NCBI GenBank assembly: GCA_965207075.1
Contig: CBDBLO010000002.1
Span: 608,001 to 672,000 of the forward strand
Origin: Nitrosopumilus sp.
GTDB taxonomy: Archaea; Thermoproteota; Nitrososphaeria; Nitrososphaerales; Nitrosopumilaceae
Reading direction: 5' to 3'
DNA: 64,000 nucleotides
The notes below the pieces were generated by a model, which was not told the DNA's origin, ran no database searches, and saw nothing but the letters and a program-made list of their open reading frames with translations. Below, piece by piece: positions 37,720 through 47,152 of this stretch (position 1 is its first letter; each line of letters begins with the position of its first letter). The position numbers were made by a program, and so were the translations under genes.

Positions 37720-38493
37720 TCATCCCGTCCCAAGATAGTTTGCAGAGTTTTTTGCAACCGCGTCCGCCACGGAGTCAAACGGCATGCGGCGCACCTCTGC
37801 TATAGTATGAAGCACGCTTGCAACAAAGCAGGGGTGCCCCGCCTTGAGCTCAAAGCATCTTGAGAACTGCACGGGCCCGTCCGTCTCCACCAGAATCCTG
37901 TCCATGTCGGACAGCTCGATCAGCCTCTGCTTGTCGTTTGCGTACGTGGCGACCGGCCCAAACGACACGTAAAAGCCCATGTCGCGCGCCCGCGCAAGCT
38001 GCCTCTTGCTGCCGTCAAACCAGTGAAGCGACGCGCGTTCCGCATCAAAGGAGGTCATGACGTCAAACACGCGCTCGAGGCTCTTTCTCGAGTGTATGGA
38101 GACGGGCTTTCTGAGCCGCGACGCCAGTTCCAGCATGTGCTCAAAGGCGCGCACCTGGCCCGGGGGTATCCTGCCGTCACTGGCGTAGGTGGGGTCGAGC
38201 CCGATCTCGCCTATCCCCGCTATGCGGTCGGCGTTCTGCTCGGCAAGAACCGCGGTGTCGCGCAGCGCATCCTCCATGCCGGGACCCGCGACGCGCTCGG
38301 GGTGTATCCCGACAAAGGGCAGGATGCAGGCGCCCATGCCGGATATCTCCAGCGTCCTGACCGAGTCTACGTAGTCCATGGACACGGCGCATGCGGTAAT
38401 ATCCAAGCGCTCCATATACGAGACCGTGTAATCCAGCTCGCCGGCATACTCGGCGTCTGACAGGTGGACGTGGGAGTCCACGTATCGCGCCAT
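37720..38493 (-). CDS. tatD: TatD family hydrolase
   Basis: DSHVH, GIHP, IGEIGLD, SIHSR, LHWF, ETDGP. Confidence 0.94.
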   Translation of the reverse strand: MARYVDSHVHLSDAEYAGELDYTVSYMERLDITACAVSMDYVDSVRTLEISGMGACILPFVGIHPERVAGPGMEDALRDTAVLAEQNADRIAGIGEIGLDPTYASDGRIPPGQVRAFEHMLELASRLRKPVSIHSRKSLERVFDVMTSFDAERASLHWFDGSKRQLARARDMGFYVSFGPVATYANDKQRLIELSDMDRILVETDGPVQFSRCFELKAGHPCFVASVLHTIAEVRRMPFDSVADAVAKNSANYLGTG

Positions 38494-38585
38494 GCCTGTA
38501 CCGCAAAGTTGGTTTGTATAAATCGATTCAATGGTTGCATTTTTTTTGCCTAGTGTCTTTTTGAGCGGGACGCGCACGCGCGCGT

Positions 38586-38804
38586 ATGGCAAAGTCAGAG
38601 TTTGGCATCACCGTCATGTACAGAATCCTCAAAAAAGCGGGGGCCGCCCGGGTCAGCGACGAGTCGGCCGAGGAGCTTAGAAGAACCATAGAGGAGGTGG
38701 CAGACGGAATAGCAAAGGGCGCCGTAGAGATGGCGGGGCATGCAAACCGCCGGACCGTCAAGGGCGAGGACGTCAGGATGGCGACGCGCCACTACCGGAT
38801 ATAG
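38586..38804 (+). CDS. Archaeal histone
   Basis: RILKKAGAARVS.E.A...AGHANRRTVKGEDV. Confidence 0.93.
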   Translation: MAKSEFGITVMYRILKKAGAARVSDESAEELRRTIEEVADGIAKGAVEMAGHANRRTVKGEDVRMATRHYRI

Positions 38805-38838
38805 CAAGGATTAATTGCTTGCGCGCCTCACGCACGCC

Positions 38839-38910
38839 GGTAAGGTGGCAGAACGGTTATGCGTGGGCCTGCAAAGCCTATACAAGGGGGTTCGACTCCC
38901 TCTCTTACCT
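38839..38910 (+). tRNA. tRNA-Cys(GCA)
   Basis: Acceptor GGTAAGG/TCTTACC, anticodon loop CTGCAAA, T-loop TTCGACT. Confidence 0.93.
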
Positions 38911-38918
38911 CGTAATTA

Positions 38919-39404
38919 TCAGGGGGTTATGATTATCGCGCCCTCCATCCAGGGGTGCAGCGTGCAGTAGTACTCGTACGTGCCCGGGGCCTTGAAGGAG
39001 AGCGTGTAGGAGTCGTACGGGTCCATGTACCCGCTATCAAAGGTGTTTGCCGGACTGTCGTACGTGCCGGCCGTCACTGTATGGAATGCAGAGTCCTCGT
39101 TTGTCCACGTTATGGGCTCCCCGGCAGGCGCCTCGTATACGGACGGCACGTAGCAGCCGTCGGTCTCCTCGCAGCCTGGCCGCGACACCTTTGTCGGCAT
39201 TGAGACATCCGTGCCGCGGCCATCCGAGTCCAGTACCTGCACGGCGCCGTCCACATGGGACGCGCCGCTGCCGCCGGCCCCCGTGCCGCCGCCGGAGGGA
39301 TCGGACTCGTCAATCGCGATTACCGCCACCACTGCCACCACCGAAACCGCAAGTACGGATGCCGCTATCGCGGCCACAACCATCAGCCGGATGCTGCCCT
39401 CCAC
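38919..39404 (-). CDS. Membrane-anchored blue copper protein (plastocyanin-like)
   Basis: WTNED..FHTVT, YYCTLHPWMEG type-1 Cu ligands. Confidence 0.93.
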   Translation of the reverse strand: MEGSIRLMVVAAIAASVLAVSVVAVVAVIAIDESDPSGGGTGAGGSGASHVDGAVQVLDSDGRGTDVSMPTKVSRPGCEETDGCYVPSVYEAPAGEPITWTNEDSAFHTVTAGTYDSPANTFDSGYMDPYDSYTLSFKAPGTYEYYCTLHPWMEGAIIITP

Positions 39405-39545
39405 GCATCAGCGCGGCATGCAGGGTGCTAAATAGTTGAGTCCAAGGGCCGCGCATGCCCAGTCCGCCCCACGTACGGGCACGCGTCGTCATGGTGGAAC
39501 CCGCCTGAAAGATCGTTTTTATACAGATGCAAGATAGCGCGGCCG

Positions 39546-39713
39546 ATGGCAAGGGAGAAGACGTGCACCGTGTGCAAGGCATCGACCCAGCGTGAATTCT
39601 ATCCTATGAAGGAGTGGGACGTGGAGGGCCCGCTATGCGGCGACTGCTATTCAAAGAGGATACACGATCATTATCCCGGGGAGCACGTCAGGATCAACAA
39701 GGATCTTGACTAG
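39546..39713 (+). CDS. Small Zn-finger protein, 55 aa
   Basis: Manually translated MAREKTCTVC...PMKEWDVEGPLCGDCY...; TTTTATA upstream. Confidence 0.8.
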   Translation: MAREKTCTVCKASTQREFYPMKEWDVEGPLCGDCYSKRIHDHYPGEHVRINKDLD

Positions 39714-39774
39714 CCGCGTCTGCACCTGTTGCCGCCACTGCTGTTACCTATAGTCACCATCACCATCACCATCA

Positions 39775-40389
39775 TCATAATGATGATTCCTTGGAGTACT
39801 TGTGCGTGTACATGCAGTTCCATACGAGCGGGTCGCCCCGGACCGCTTCCTCGTCAGATTCGCTGATGAACCTAATGTCGGTCACTGTCTTTTTTCTGCG
39901 GGACAGCGTAACCTGGAACGTGACGAACTCCTTGCAGTCGCACACCTTGTAGAGGCACGCATCATTGTCGTTCTCGTCGTGATCACTTGCCTCGTGGCCG
40001 CACCTGCAGATCTCGCCCCCCTTGGACTCTTCAAGCGCCTTTTTCTTGTACACACCAAGCCGCAGGTATGCCTCGCCGTCGTGCCCCTTTTTGAAGCGCT
40101 CATAATTGTCCGATATCGGGAGATTCTTACAAAACGAGAGGTTAGAGGAGGGCCTCTGGGTCTGGGCGCCCATGATGAACCAGTAGGTGCCGTCGCCGTC
40201 GGACTCTACAAACCTGATCTTGATGGTGTGATCTAGCCACCAGTGTATGGTCTCTTGCCATATGTACAGTGACTGCTTTTGGTCCGCAATCAGCGGGGCC
40301 ACGTTCATCCGTAGGTCATAATACCGGTACGCAACGCCCTGTATGTCGTCAAACCACGGTATGGGCGAGAGGGGGGAGGGTGAAGACAC
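39775..40389 (-). CDS. Conserved hypothetical protein with C-terminal Cys/His cluster
   Basis: IPWFDDI...CRCGHEASDH...C..CDC; GTG start inferred. Confidence 0.75.
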   Translation of the reverse strand: MSSPSPLSPIPWFDDIQGVAYRYYDLRMNVAPLIADQKQSLYIWQETIHWWLDHTIKIRFVESDGDGTYWFIMGAQTQRPSSNLSFCKNLPISDNYERFKKGHDGEAYLRLGVYKKKALEESKGGEICRCGHEASDHDENDNDACLYKVCDCKEFVTFQVTLSRRKKTVTDIRFISESDEEAVRGDPLVWNCMYTHKYSKESSL

Positions 40390-40770
40390 GAGGAAAAAGT
40401 GGCACGTGCGATATTTATCTGATCGCAGGCAGTGCACGATCCGTGCCGGGGCCGGTGCCCACATCAGAACACTGCGCCGCGCGATCTTGATGACTTGGCA
40501 TGCTTGTGCGCCAGTAGTATCCGCAACGCGGAGGCAGCCATTCAATTCCCTCTGGCACCGCCCCTTCCCTCCTCCCCCCTCGTGGCGACGATGTGCGGAC
40601 GCATGGGCAGTTCGGTAGATGGCATGCCCGGATGTTTGACGGGTAAAGGAGGGGGGAAGGGTGGGAAGAGTAGGAGTGTTGAACGGTTCCCGTTGGGGGG
40701 CAATGTAGTATCCTCGCATATGATGACGTGGATAAGATATAGTTATAATGGAGTTATGTAATGGTGAAGC

Positions 40771-41052
40771 ATGGTAGCATACAGAACAAGCATGCAGATT
40801 GTAGCGGATCTACTGACCGTAACACAGGAATCTGGACGGGACGGCATCAAGACCACGTCCCTGCTGACAAAGGCCAACCTCTCGCACTCACGATTATCAA
40901 AGTTCATGAACAACCTGACCGGGGCCGGACTTGTAAACCGCATCGAATATGACGGCAGGAACACTTTCGTAATAACCCCCAAGGGCAGGCAGTATCTGGA
41001 GTCGTACGTAAAGTTCTCCAGCATTGCAGAGTCCTTCGGACTGGACCTGTAG
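40771..41052 (+). CDS. Winged-helix transcriptional regulator (HTH_45-like)
   Basis: YRTSMQIVADLL, KANLSHSRL, ITPKGRQYL. Confidence 0.9.
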   Translation: MVAYRTSMQIVADLLTVTQESGRDGIKTTSLLTKANLSHSRLSKFMNNLTGAGLVNRIEYDGRNTFVITPKGRQYLESYVKFSSIAESFGLDL

Positions 41053-41177
41053 GCGGCTAGCCGTCTTTTTTCTCATTTTTTGCAAGCCTCCGGCGTGGTT
41101 TGCGCGCCGCCGCCGCCGCCGCCGCATGACGCCGTTACAGCAGGCACCAGGCAGCCGGCAGCGCGCGGCCAAGCCGC

Positions 41178-41387
41178 CTACTTTCTAGACTTTTTGCGCT
41201 TGTCCCTTGTAAGCTGCCGCTGCTTTCGCGTCTTGTACGAGTCATACAGGAATATCGCGACGATTCCGCCAATCGAGGCGTAAAAGAGACCCGGAAAGAA
41301 CCTGAGCTCGCCGGTGGTCGGGCTCACAAAGGAGATTGGAATCCCGACAAACATGAATATCAGAATCACGGTAAGGTACTTGTCCAC
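41178..41387 (-). CDS. Small two-TM membrane protein
   Basis: Two hydrophobic helices, basic tail; divergent TATA at about 41411. Confidence 0.7.
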   Translation of the reverse strand: MDKYLTVILIFMFVGIPISFVSPTTGELRFFPGLFYASIGGIVAIFLYDSYKTRKQRQLTRDKRKKSRK

Positions 41388-41439
41388 GGTATGCGCACGC
41401 GGGAAAACCATATATCTTTTTGATCCTCCACCACCTCAG

Positions 41440-41646
41440 ATGGCAAGGGGACTGGAGGTCGCGGGACTCGGGCTGGTGGCCGTAATGATACTGAGCTTTG
41501 TCGGGGCGCTCCGCCCCGCAGTCGATGCCGGAACGTCGTACGTGTTCTGGGGCTGCGCCGCCGGGGCTCTCGGCATAATCATATACAGAAAGATGAAGAA
41601 CAAAAAGGAAGGCGCAAAATCCCGGGGCGGCGAGGCCGGCGCCTGA
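41440..41646 (+). CDS. Small two-TM membrane protein
   Basis: MARGLEVAGLGLVAV...; basic tail. Confidence 0.6.
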   Translation: MARGLEVAGLGLVAVMILSFVGALRPAVDAGTSYVFWGCAAGALGIIIYRKMKNKKEGAKSRGGEAGA

Positions 41647-41967
41647 CAGGCGACGCGCCAATTCCGCGGACCGCGTGACACCCTGCGGCGTGACGGGCAG
41701 GCGCGTTATTGATCATAATCATTATGATCATGGTGGTGGCCATGGTGGTGCAGCGATGCCGCGCCCCGTGCAGTGAACCCATGCCCGCGCCCTCTTCCGG
41801 CGCGGTCGCGCCGCCGCCACCGCCGCTACCCCGCGGTACAGGAGGCACCATCGCAGTGGCGCCGGCGATCCGTAGTGGTGGTGGTGGTGGTGGTGGTAGC
41901 AGCAGCGCCCGATTTGCTAGAAAATACCGACAGATCTATAAGGAAGGATCGGACTCCAAGAGTAGTC

Positions 41968-42066
41968 ATGGGGACATCCGGTGAGGAGAGATGGTGGGAG
42001 GGCCTCGGCGAGGAACTCCAAGTCGACCTAGAGTCCCTCGACGAATCCGAGTCGCAGGCGCGGTGA
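41968..42066 (+). CDS. Possible acidic microprotein (32 aa)
   Basis: MGTSGEERWWEGLGEELQVDLESLDESESQAR; CTATAA about 27 nt upstream. Confidence 0.35.
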   Translation: MGTSGEERWWEGLGEELQVDLESLDESESQAR

Positions 42067-42121
42067 GGCACCGCACGCCCGAGTTTCCAACCATCTGGGA
42101 GTTTTATCGGGATTAGTAGTA

Positions 42122-42198
42122 TGGAGCCTCGGACGGGATCTGAACCCGCGACCTAACGCTTACGAGGCGTTCGCTCTACCAGGCTGAGCTACCAAGGC
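42122..42198 (-). tRNA. tRNA-Thr(CGT), CCA encoded
   Basis: GCCTTGGTAGCTCAG...AACGC-CTCGTAA-GCGTT...GGTTCAGATCC...CGAGGCTCCA. Confidence 0.94.
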
Positions 42199-42246
42199 AT
42201 GTGTGGCGGTCGTCATCAGAGTTAATAAAAAGTATCCCAAAGCGAT

Positions 42247-43590
42247 GTGGTGAAAAAGACGATCTCGGGGATCAGGGGGATTGTCGGAGACGACATTGGC
42301 ATCAGGGACGTAATCAAATTCTGCGGCAATTTTGCGGGCCTGTCGGGCGGCAGGTGCGTGACCGGCAGGGACACCAGGCCGTCGGGACCAATGATGGAGC
42401 GCGCAGCCCACGCGGGGCTGATGGAGGGAGGCGTGGACGTGTACGATATGGGCGTGGCGCCCACGCCCGTGGTGTTCCGGGAGGCAAGAAGGATCGGCGC
42501 CGGCGTGGTGGTAACGTCGTCGCACAATCCGCTGGAATGGAACGGGTTAAAGTTCGTCATAGGCGGCAGGGGGATAAACGAGTCGGAACTCCCGCTTATA
42601 ACGGGGACGCGCAGCCGCGGGGACGGCGCACAAGAGGGCGGCGACAGGGACGCCGTCGCCGCCGCGGCGGCTACGACGGAACCCGGAGTAAGGCGCAGCC
42701 ACGCGTCGTCGTACGTGGAGGAGGCAGCAGGGGTAATCGGGGAGATAGAGGGCAGTCCGCGGATTGCAGTGGACGTGGGCGGGGGCGCCGCCGCGCACGT
42801 GGCGCCTCGCCTGTACGAAAAGATCGGCTGCAGCGTCAGCGTGATAAACTCGGAGCCGCGCTCCAGGGGGCCCGACCCCACCACGGACGGCCTCGACGGC
42901 CTCGTGTCGCTGTCAAGGACAAAGGGCATCATAGGATTCGCGTTTGATCTTGACGGCGACAGGCTTGTCATCGTAGCCGACGGGGCGAAACAGACGCCCG
43001 ATGCGACACTGGGGCTTGGCATTGCGGGCGCGCTCGACATGGGATACGAAAGGTTTGTCCTGAGCGCAGACACCAGCCGGGGCGTGGAGAGGCTCATAGA
43101 GTCGCACGGGGGGGCCCACACGAGGGCAAAGGTCGGGGAGGCAAACGTAGTGGAGGAGATGGCAAAGGTCGGGGCCCAGGCCGGGGGCGAGGGGAGCAGC
43201 GGGGGCTTCATCCTGCCCGAGTTCAACCACTGCCGGGACGGCATACTGGCCGGGGGCGTGATAGCAAGAATGCTTCAGGAGGACGGCGGGGCGCGGTTCA
43301 GGGAGGTGATTGGCATGCTGGGCAGATACCACATAATCCGGACCAAGATGCCTGCGGGGGCAGGTATGCGGCAGCGCGACATGGTGGAGCGCGCCCTCAA
43401 GTGGCTGGAGTCGGAATGCTCCGAGGTCCAGAGGCTTGACGGCGTCAGGGGGGTGATAGACGATGACAGCTGGGTACTGGTGCGGGAGTCAAACACCGAG
43501 AACGCAGTCAGGCTGTCCGCAGAGTCCTATGACGCGACGAGGTGCGAGGCCGTGATCGGGGACGTGAGGCGCGTCATGGCGGGAGGATAA
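42247..43590 (+). CDS. Phosphoglucomutase/phosphomannomutase family protein
   Basis: SGIRG, GRDTR, TSSHNP, FDLDGDR, GGEGSSGG, RESNTE. Confidence 0.93.
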   Translation: MVKKTISGIRGIVGDDIGIRDVIKFCGNFAGLSGGRCVTGRDTRPSGPMMERAAHAGLMEGGVDVYDMGVAPTPVVFREARRIGAGVVVTSSHNPLEWNGLKFVIGGRGINESELPLITGTRSRGDGAQEGGDRDAVAAAAATTEPGVRRSHASSYVEEAAGVIGEIEGSPRIAVDVGGGAAAHVAPRLYEKIGCSVSVINSEPRSRGPDPTTDGLDGLVSLSRTKGIIGFAFDLDGDRLVIVADGAKQTPDATLGLGIAGALDMGYERFVLSADTSRGVERLIESHGGAHTRAKVGEANVVEEMAKVGAQAGGEGSSGGFILPEFNHCRDGILAGGVIARMLQEDGGARFREVIGMLGRYHIIRTKMPAGAGMRQRDMVERALKWLESECSEVQRLDGVRGVIDDDSWVLVRESNTENAVRLSAESYDATRCEAVIGDVRRVMAGG

Positions 43591-43607
43591 GCCGGCAGGT
43601 GAGCGCA

Positions 43608-44648
43608 ATGGGCAGAGGGAAAAAGACGGCATCGCCACGCAGGGGCGGCACGGCGGCGGCAGCAGCAATAAGCGAGCGTGACGTGGCCGCGACAATGCGC
43701 CGGATGCTGGGAGGCGGCACGCCGGAGCCCGACGACGTCGGATATGCGCAGGTCGGCAAAAAGACCATGGTCATCAACACCGACACCTGGGTCCAGAGCA
43801 CGGACATGCCGCCGCGGATGACCCTGAGGCAGGCTGCAAGGAAGAGCGTCGTATCCTGCATAAGCGACCTGGCCGCCAAGGGGGCCAGGCCCAGGTTCGG
43901 GGCCATATCGGTCAACATACCAAAGGGCGCGACTCGCGGCGACATCAGGGGCATGGCAGGCGGGTTTGCAGACGCCGCGGGCGAATACAACGTCAGGATA
44001 GTGGCGGGGGACACCAACGCCGGGAGGGAGTTCGTCTTCAACGTGTGCATGGTCGGGGAGCACACCCTGAAGCAAAAGGTGGCCCGGGGGGGAGCAGGCC
44101 CGGGGGACGGGATATTCGTGACGGGCCCGTTCGGGTACACAGCGCTCGGGTTCAAGGTGCTCTTGGAGGGGCATGCCGGAAGCGGGGGCGCGGTCAGGAG
44201 GTCTGTGCGCTCGGTGCTGCATCCGGAGGCCAGGGCCGAGTTCGGGGCAAGATGCGCCAAGCACTTTACGTCCGCGATGGACTCAAGCGACGGGCTCGGG
44301 TTCACGCTCAACGAGATGGCAAGGCAGAGCGGCCGCACGTTTGAGGTGCACGGCGTCCCCGCCACAGTACAGCTTGAGAGGTACGCGCGTCAGAACGGGA
44401 TGAGTCTGGATAGCCTTGTGTTTTATGGCGGGGAAGAGTACGAGATAGTGTTCACGGCAACGGCGTCCGGCGCCAAGAGAATAGCCAGGGTTGCGGACAG
44501 GCTCGGGGTTCCTCTGATGAAGATCGGCACCGTAAAGGATTCAGGGTGGGACGGGAGGTGCCCCGTGTATGTGCGGCGCGGTGGAGGCGACGACGACGAC
44601 ACCCGCGTCAAGATAGAGGATTCCGGGTGGGAACACCTTGCATCCTGA
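43608..44648 (+). CDS. thiL: Thiamine-monophosphate kinase
   Basis: SDLAAKGARP, AGDT, AMDSSDGL, GGEEYEIVFT. Confidence 0.93.
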   Translation: MGRGKKTASPRRGGTAAAAAISERDVAATMRRMLGGGTPEPDDVGYAQVGKKTMVINTDTWVQSTDMPPRMTLRQAARKSVVSCISDLAAKGARPRFGAISVNIPKGATRGDIRGMAGGFADAAGEYNVRIVAGDTNAGREFVFNVCMVGEHTLKQKVARGGAGPGDGIFVTGPFGYTALGFKVLLEGHAGSGGAVRRSVRSVLHPEARAEFGARCAKHFTSAMDSSDGLGFTLNEMARQSGRTFEVHGVPATVQLERYARQNGMSLDSLVFYGGEEYEIVFTATASGAKRIARVADRLGVPLMKIGTVKDSGWDGRCPVYVRRGGGDDDDTRVKIEDSGWEHLAS

Positions 44649-44705
44649 TGGATGCGGCCCAGTGCGTGCAACCGCACGGATTGCATACGGGCCTGCGGTC
44701 GGGGG

Positions 44706-45032
44706 CTACTCGCCCCTCATGGGCGAGCCGCGCTCTACGCCGTCTGCAATCTCTATAATGACGCTTGCCGGAAGCAATGGAACGCACTCGTTCATCCATA
44801 TCTCGTCAAGCTTGATCAGGCGCCTCGCGTCGTCGACGGGTATCTCGTCAAGCGTCATGTCCGGGTAGGCGGAATGGATCGCGTAGCCCTGCCGCGCCAC
44901 GTCAGCGCACTTCTGCTCCAGGGGTGTCACGATGTTGTCCCCCACCGGTACCACGTGCTGCAGCGCTATGGAGCCGAATATGGCAGCCGCGACCGCCGTC
45001 CCGGCCACTGCAAGCAGCATTCCGCGTGCCAT
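44706..45032 (-). CDS. Hypothetical membrane-anchored protein
   Basis: N-terminal TM, two Cys. Confidence 0.6.
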   Translation of the reverse strand: MARGMLLAVAGTAVAAAIFGSIALQHVVPVGDNIVTPLEQKCADVARQGYAIHSAYPDMTLDEIPVDDARRLIKLDEIWMNECVPLLPASVIIEIADGVERGSPMRGE

Positions 45033-45137
45033 CGCGGCATATGGCAGCGACGCGTATTTGAAGCATCTGCGCACGCCTCTTGCGCACGGTGTATGCGCCG
45101 CACGGCCCGATGCGTAGTGTATTTTAAACCCCCATGA

Positions 45138-46034
45138 ATGGATGGGTTATTGCCAGATGGGGAAGGAGAGTACAAGGAAGCCGCTGACAAGGCCCCCGAG
45201 GAGAGTGCCGCGGAGGCCGAGCAGGACGTACCGCAGGCGGAAGGCGCCGGAGGGGACAAGGGCGCTGCGGCCGACGACGGTGGCAGGGATGACGGCGTGA
45301 ATGGCGACAACGACGGCGATGACAAAAGTAATCAGGGTAACGACGACAACGCTGGCGGCCAGTCCGGCCCTGACAACACCGCGGCAGAAGACTCTCCGGA
45401 CGAGACGGCCTCCGACGGGGACGGTGACAGTGATGACGAGGAGGCGAAGACAGTAGAGATCTCCACGTCAGACGCGCAGGCCCAGCTTGCAAAGCTGCGG
45501 ACGGCAACCGAGACGCGCGCCAAGGCCATCCAGGCCGATGCCGAGTCCTCAGAGAGCATGGTGGACGCGATAAAGGCCGAAGACGTGTCCCAGGCCCGTC
45601 GCAGGCAGCAGCAGGATGCTGATGCGGCGCAAGAGTCCGCAAGGCACGAGAATGAAAAGTGGGGGATAGCCCACATCTTTAGCAGCTACAACAACACGAT
45701 AATCCACATGACGGACCTGACGGGCGGGGAGACCGTTGCGATCAGCTCGGGCGGCATACACGTCAACGCCGACAGGTATGAGTCGTCGCCGTTTGCCGCA
45801 ATGAAGGCCGCAAACGCCGTAATCGAGTCTGCAAGGGCAAAGGGGTTTGTAGGATTTCACATCAGGGTGCGCGCGGTAGGCGGCGTGGGATCAAGGGTGC
45901 CGGGACCCGGGGCGCAGTCTGCAATCAGGGCGTTGGCAAGAGGCGGGTTCAAGATAGGCAGGATTGACGACGTGACGCCGATTCCGCACGACACCACCAG
46001 AAAAAAGGGCGGCAAGCGCGGCAGAAGAGTCTGA
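45138..46034 (+). CDS. rps11: 30S ribosomal protein S11 with about 170-aa acidic N-terminal extension
   Basis: [42 protein letters not shown]. Confidence 0.96.
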   Translation: MDGLLPDGEGEYKEAADKAPEESAAEAEQDVPQAEGAGGDKGAAADDGGRDDGVNGDNDGDDKSNQGNDDNAGGQSGPDNTAAEDSPDETASDGDGDSDDEEAKTVEISTSDAQAQLAKLRTATETRAKAIQADAESSESMVDAIKAEDVSQARRRQQQDADAAQESARHENEKWGIAHIFSSYNNTIIHMTDLTGGETVAISSGGIHVNADRYESSPFAAMKAANAVIESARAKGFVGFHIRVRAVGGVGSRVPGPGAQSAIRALARGGFKIGRIDDVTPIPHDTTRKKGGKRGRRV

Positions 46035-46160
46035 GCATTCGAGATCGACTGCAGCCCTTCAAGACAATTCCCACCAAGACCGCAGGTGCCACGCGTACGC
46101 GACATGGCATCATCCCCCTCCCGCAGTGACTATAATCCCCCGTGACGCAGCCGTGCGGCA

Positions 46161-46499
46161 TCAGCGTCCCCGCTCTGTCACCCTGACCTTTACGCTGCAG
46201 CTTCTTGACGCAAAATAGTCCGAGAGGAACATGGCAAAGCGCCTCGAGCGGTCCTTCTCCTTCTGATATTTGGCAAGCATGTCGGAGAACTCGGACTCGA
46301 TTCCGGCCTGGAGGTCTGGCTTTATCGACAGGACGAAGAACGTCCATCCAAAGTGCTCAGACGGCGGCCCCATCTCGTAGCCGTTGTACGCTCCCACCAG
46401 GCTCTCCATGTGGGAGAGGGCCATCTTGATTGCAAGCTTGTCGCCGGTATAGTCGTGCCCGGCAATCTCAAGCGAGACTCCCGCATCGTGCGCGCTCAA
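46161..46499 (-). CDS. Conserved hypothetical protein
   Basis: 112-aa ORF, HFGWTFF motif. Confidence 0.65.
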   Translation of the reverse strand: MSAHDAGVSLEIAGHDYTGDKLAIKMALSHMESLVGAYNGYEMGPPSEHFGWTFFVLSIKPDLQAGIESEFSDMLAKYQKEKDRSRRFAMFLSDYFASRSCSVKVRVTERGR

Positions 46500-46680
46500 C
46501 GTGCATGCGGCCCCCCGGCAGCAGCAGCAGCAGTAGCAGCAGCAGCAGTAGTGGCACCTAGATGCAGGCCAAGATTGGGATGGGCGCGATGTCCGCTACT
46601 GCCGCTACTACCGCCGCTGTTGCAACAGCGACAACAGTGTGCCATGACACTGCATGCGTCACGACGCATACGGCGGGGCG

Positions 46681-47148
46681 TCAGTTGGCGTCATCCTCCC
46701 CCGCAGCAGCAGCAGCAGCCGTGACGGTGCTGCCGCTTCTCACATTCTTCAGCCTGTCGGAGATGGAGACGAACTTTCCGTCCTTCTCTATCTTGATCGA
46801 CGTCCTGATCTTTACTGGGAGCCCAACCATGCGGAACACGGCCAGCAGCTGCCCCCCGTCAATCTTCTCTGGAATGTTCTCTGAGCGTATTATCTCTGCC
46901 AGCCTGCCCACTATCACCTTGGCCTCTGCCGGATACTGGGCCTCTGCGCCCTCGAGCACCTCGAGCCCCCTGAACCCGAGCGACGCCACCACCACGTCGC
47001 GCGCCGTTGCCGGCCCGCCACTCCCCTTTTCCGAACCGCCGGCCTTGCCCGCCTCCTCGCGCCCCTTTTTTGCGGAGATGTTCCTCTGCATCTCTGCCAG
47101 CCTCCTGGCCTTTAGCCTCTCAAGCTCCGCGTCGCCGCCCTCTGACAA
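46681..47148 (-). CDS. PDCD5-like double-stranded DNA-binding protein
   Basis: DAELERLKARRLAEMQ. Confidence 0.75.
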   Translation of the reverse strand: MSEGGDAELERLKARRLAEMQRNISAKKGREEAGKAGGSEKGSGGPATARDVVVASLGFRGLEVLEGAEAQYPAEAKVIVGRLAEIIRSENIPEKIDGGQLLAVFRMVGLPVKIRTSIKIEKDGKFVSISDRLKNVRSGSTVTAAAAAAGEDDAN

Positions 47149-47152
47149 GCCA

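Noticed and set aside
38586-38804. Histone as a novelty
   Set aside because: Histones are already known in this archaeal lineage
39756-39785. His-tag-like CATCAC run suggesting synthetic DNA
   Set aside because: Intergenic and one of many triplet microsatellites; no vector context
38839-42198. Integrated element between or at the two tRNA genes
   Set aside because: No integrase and no duplicated tRNA 3' end; the intervening genes look native
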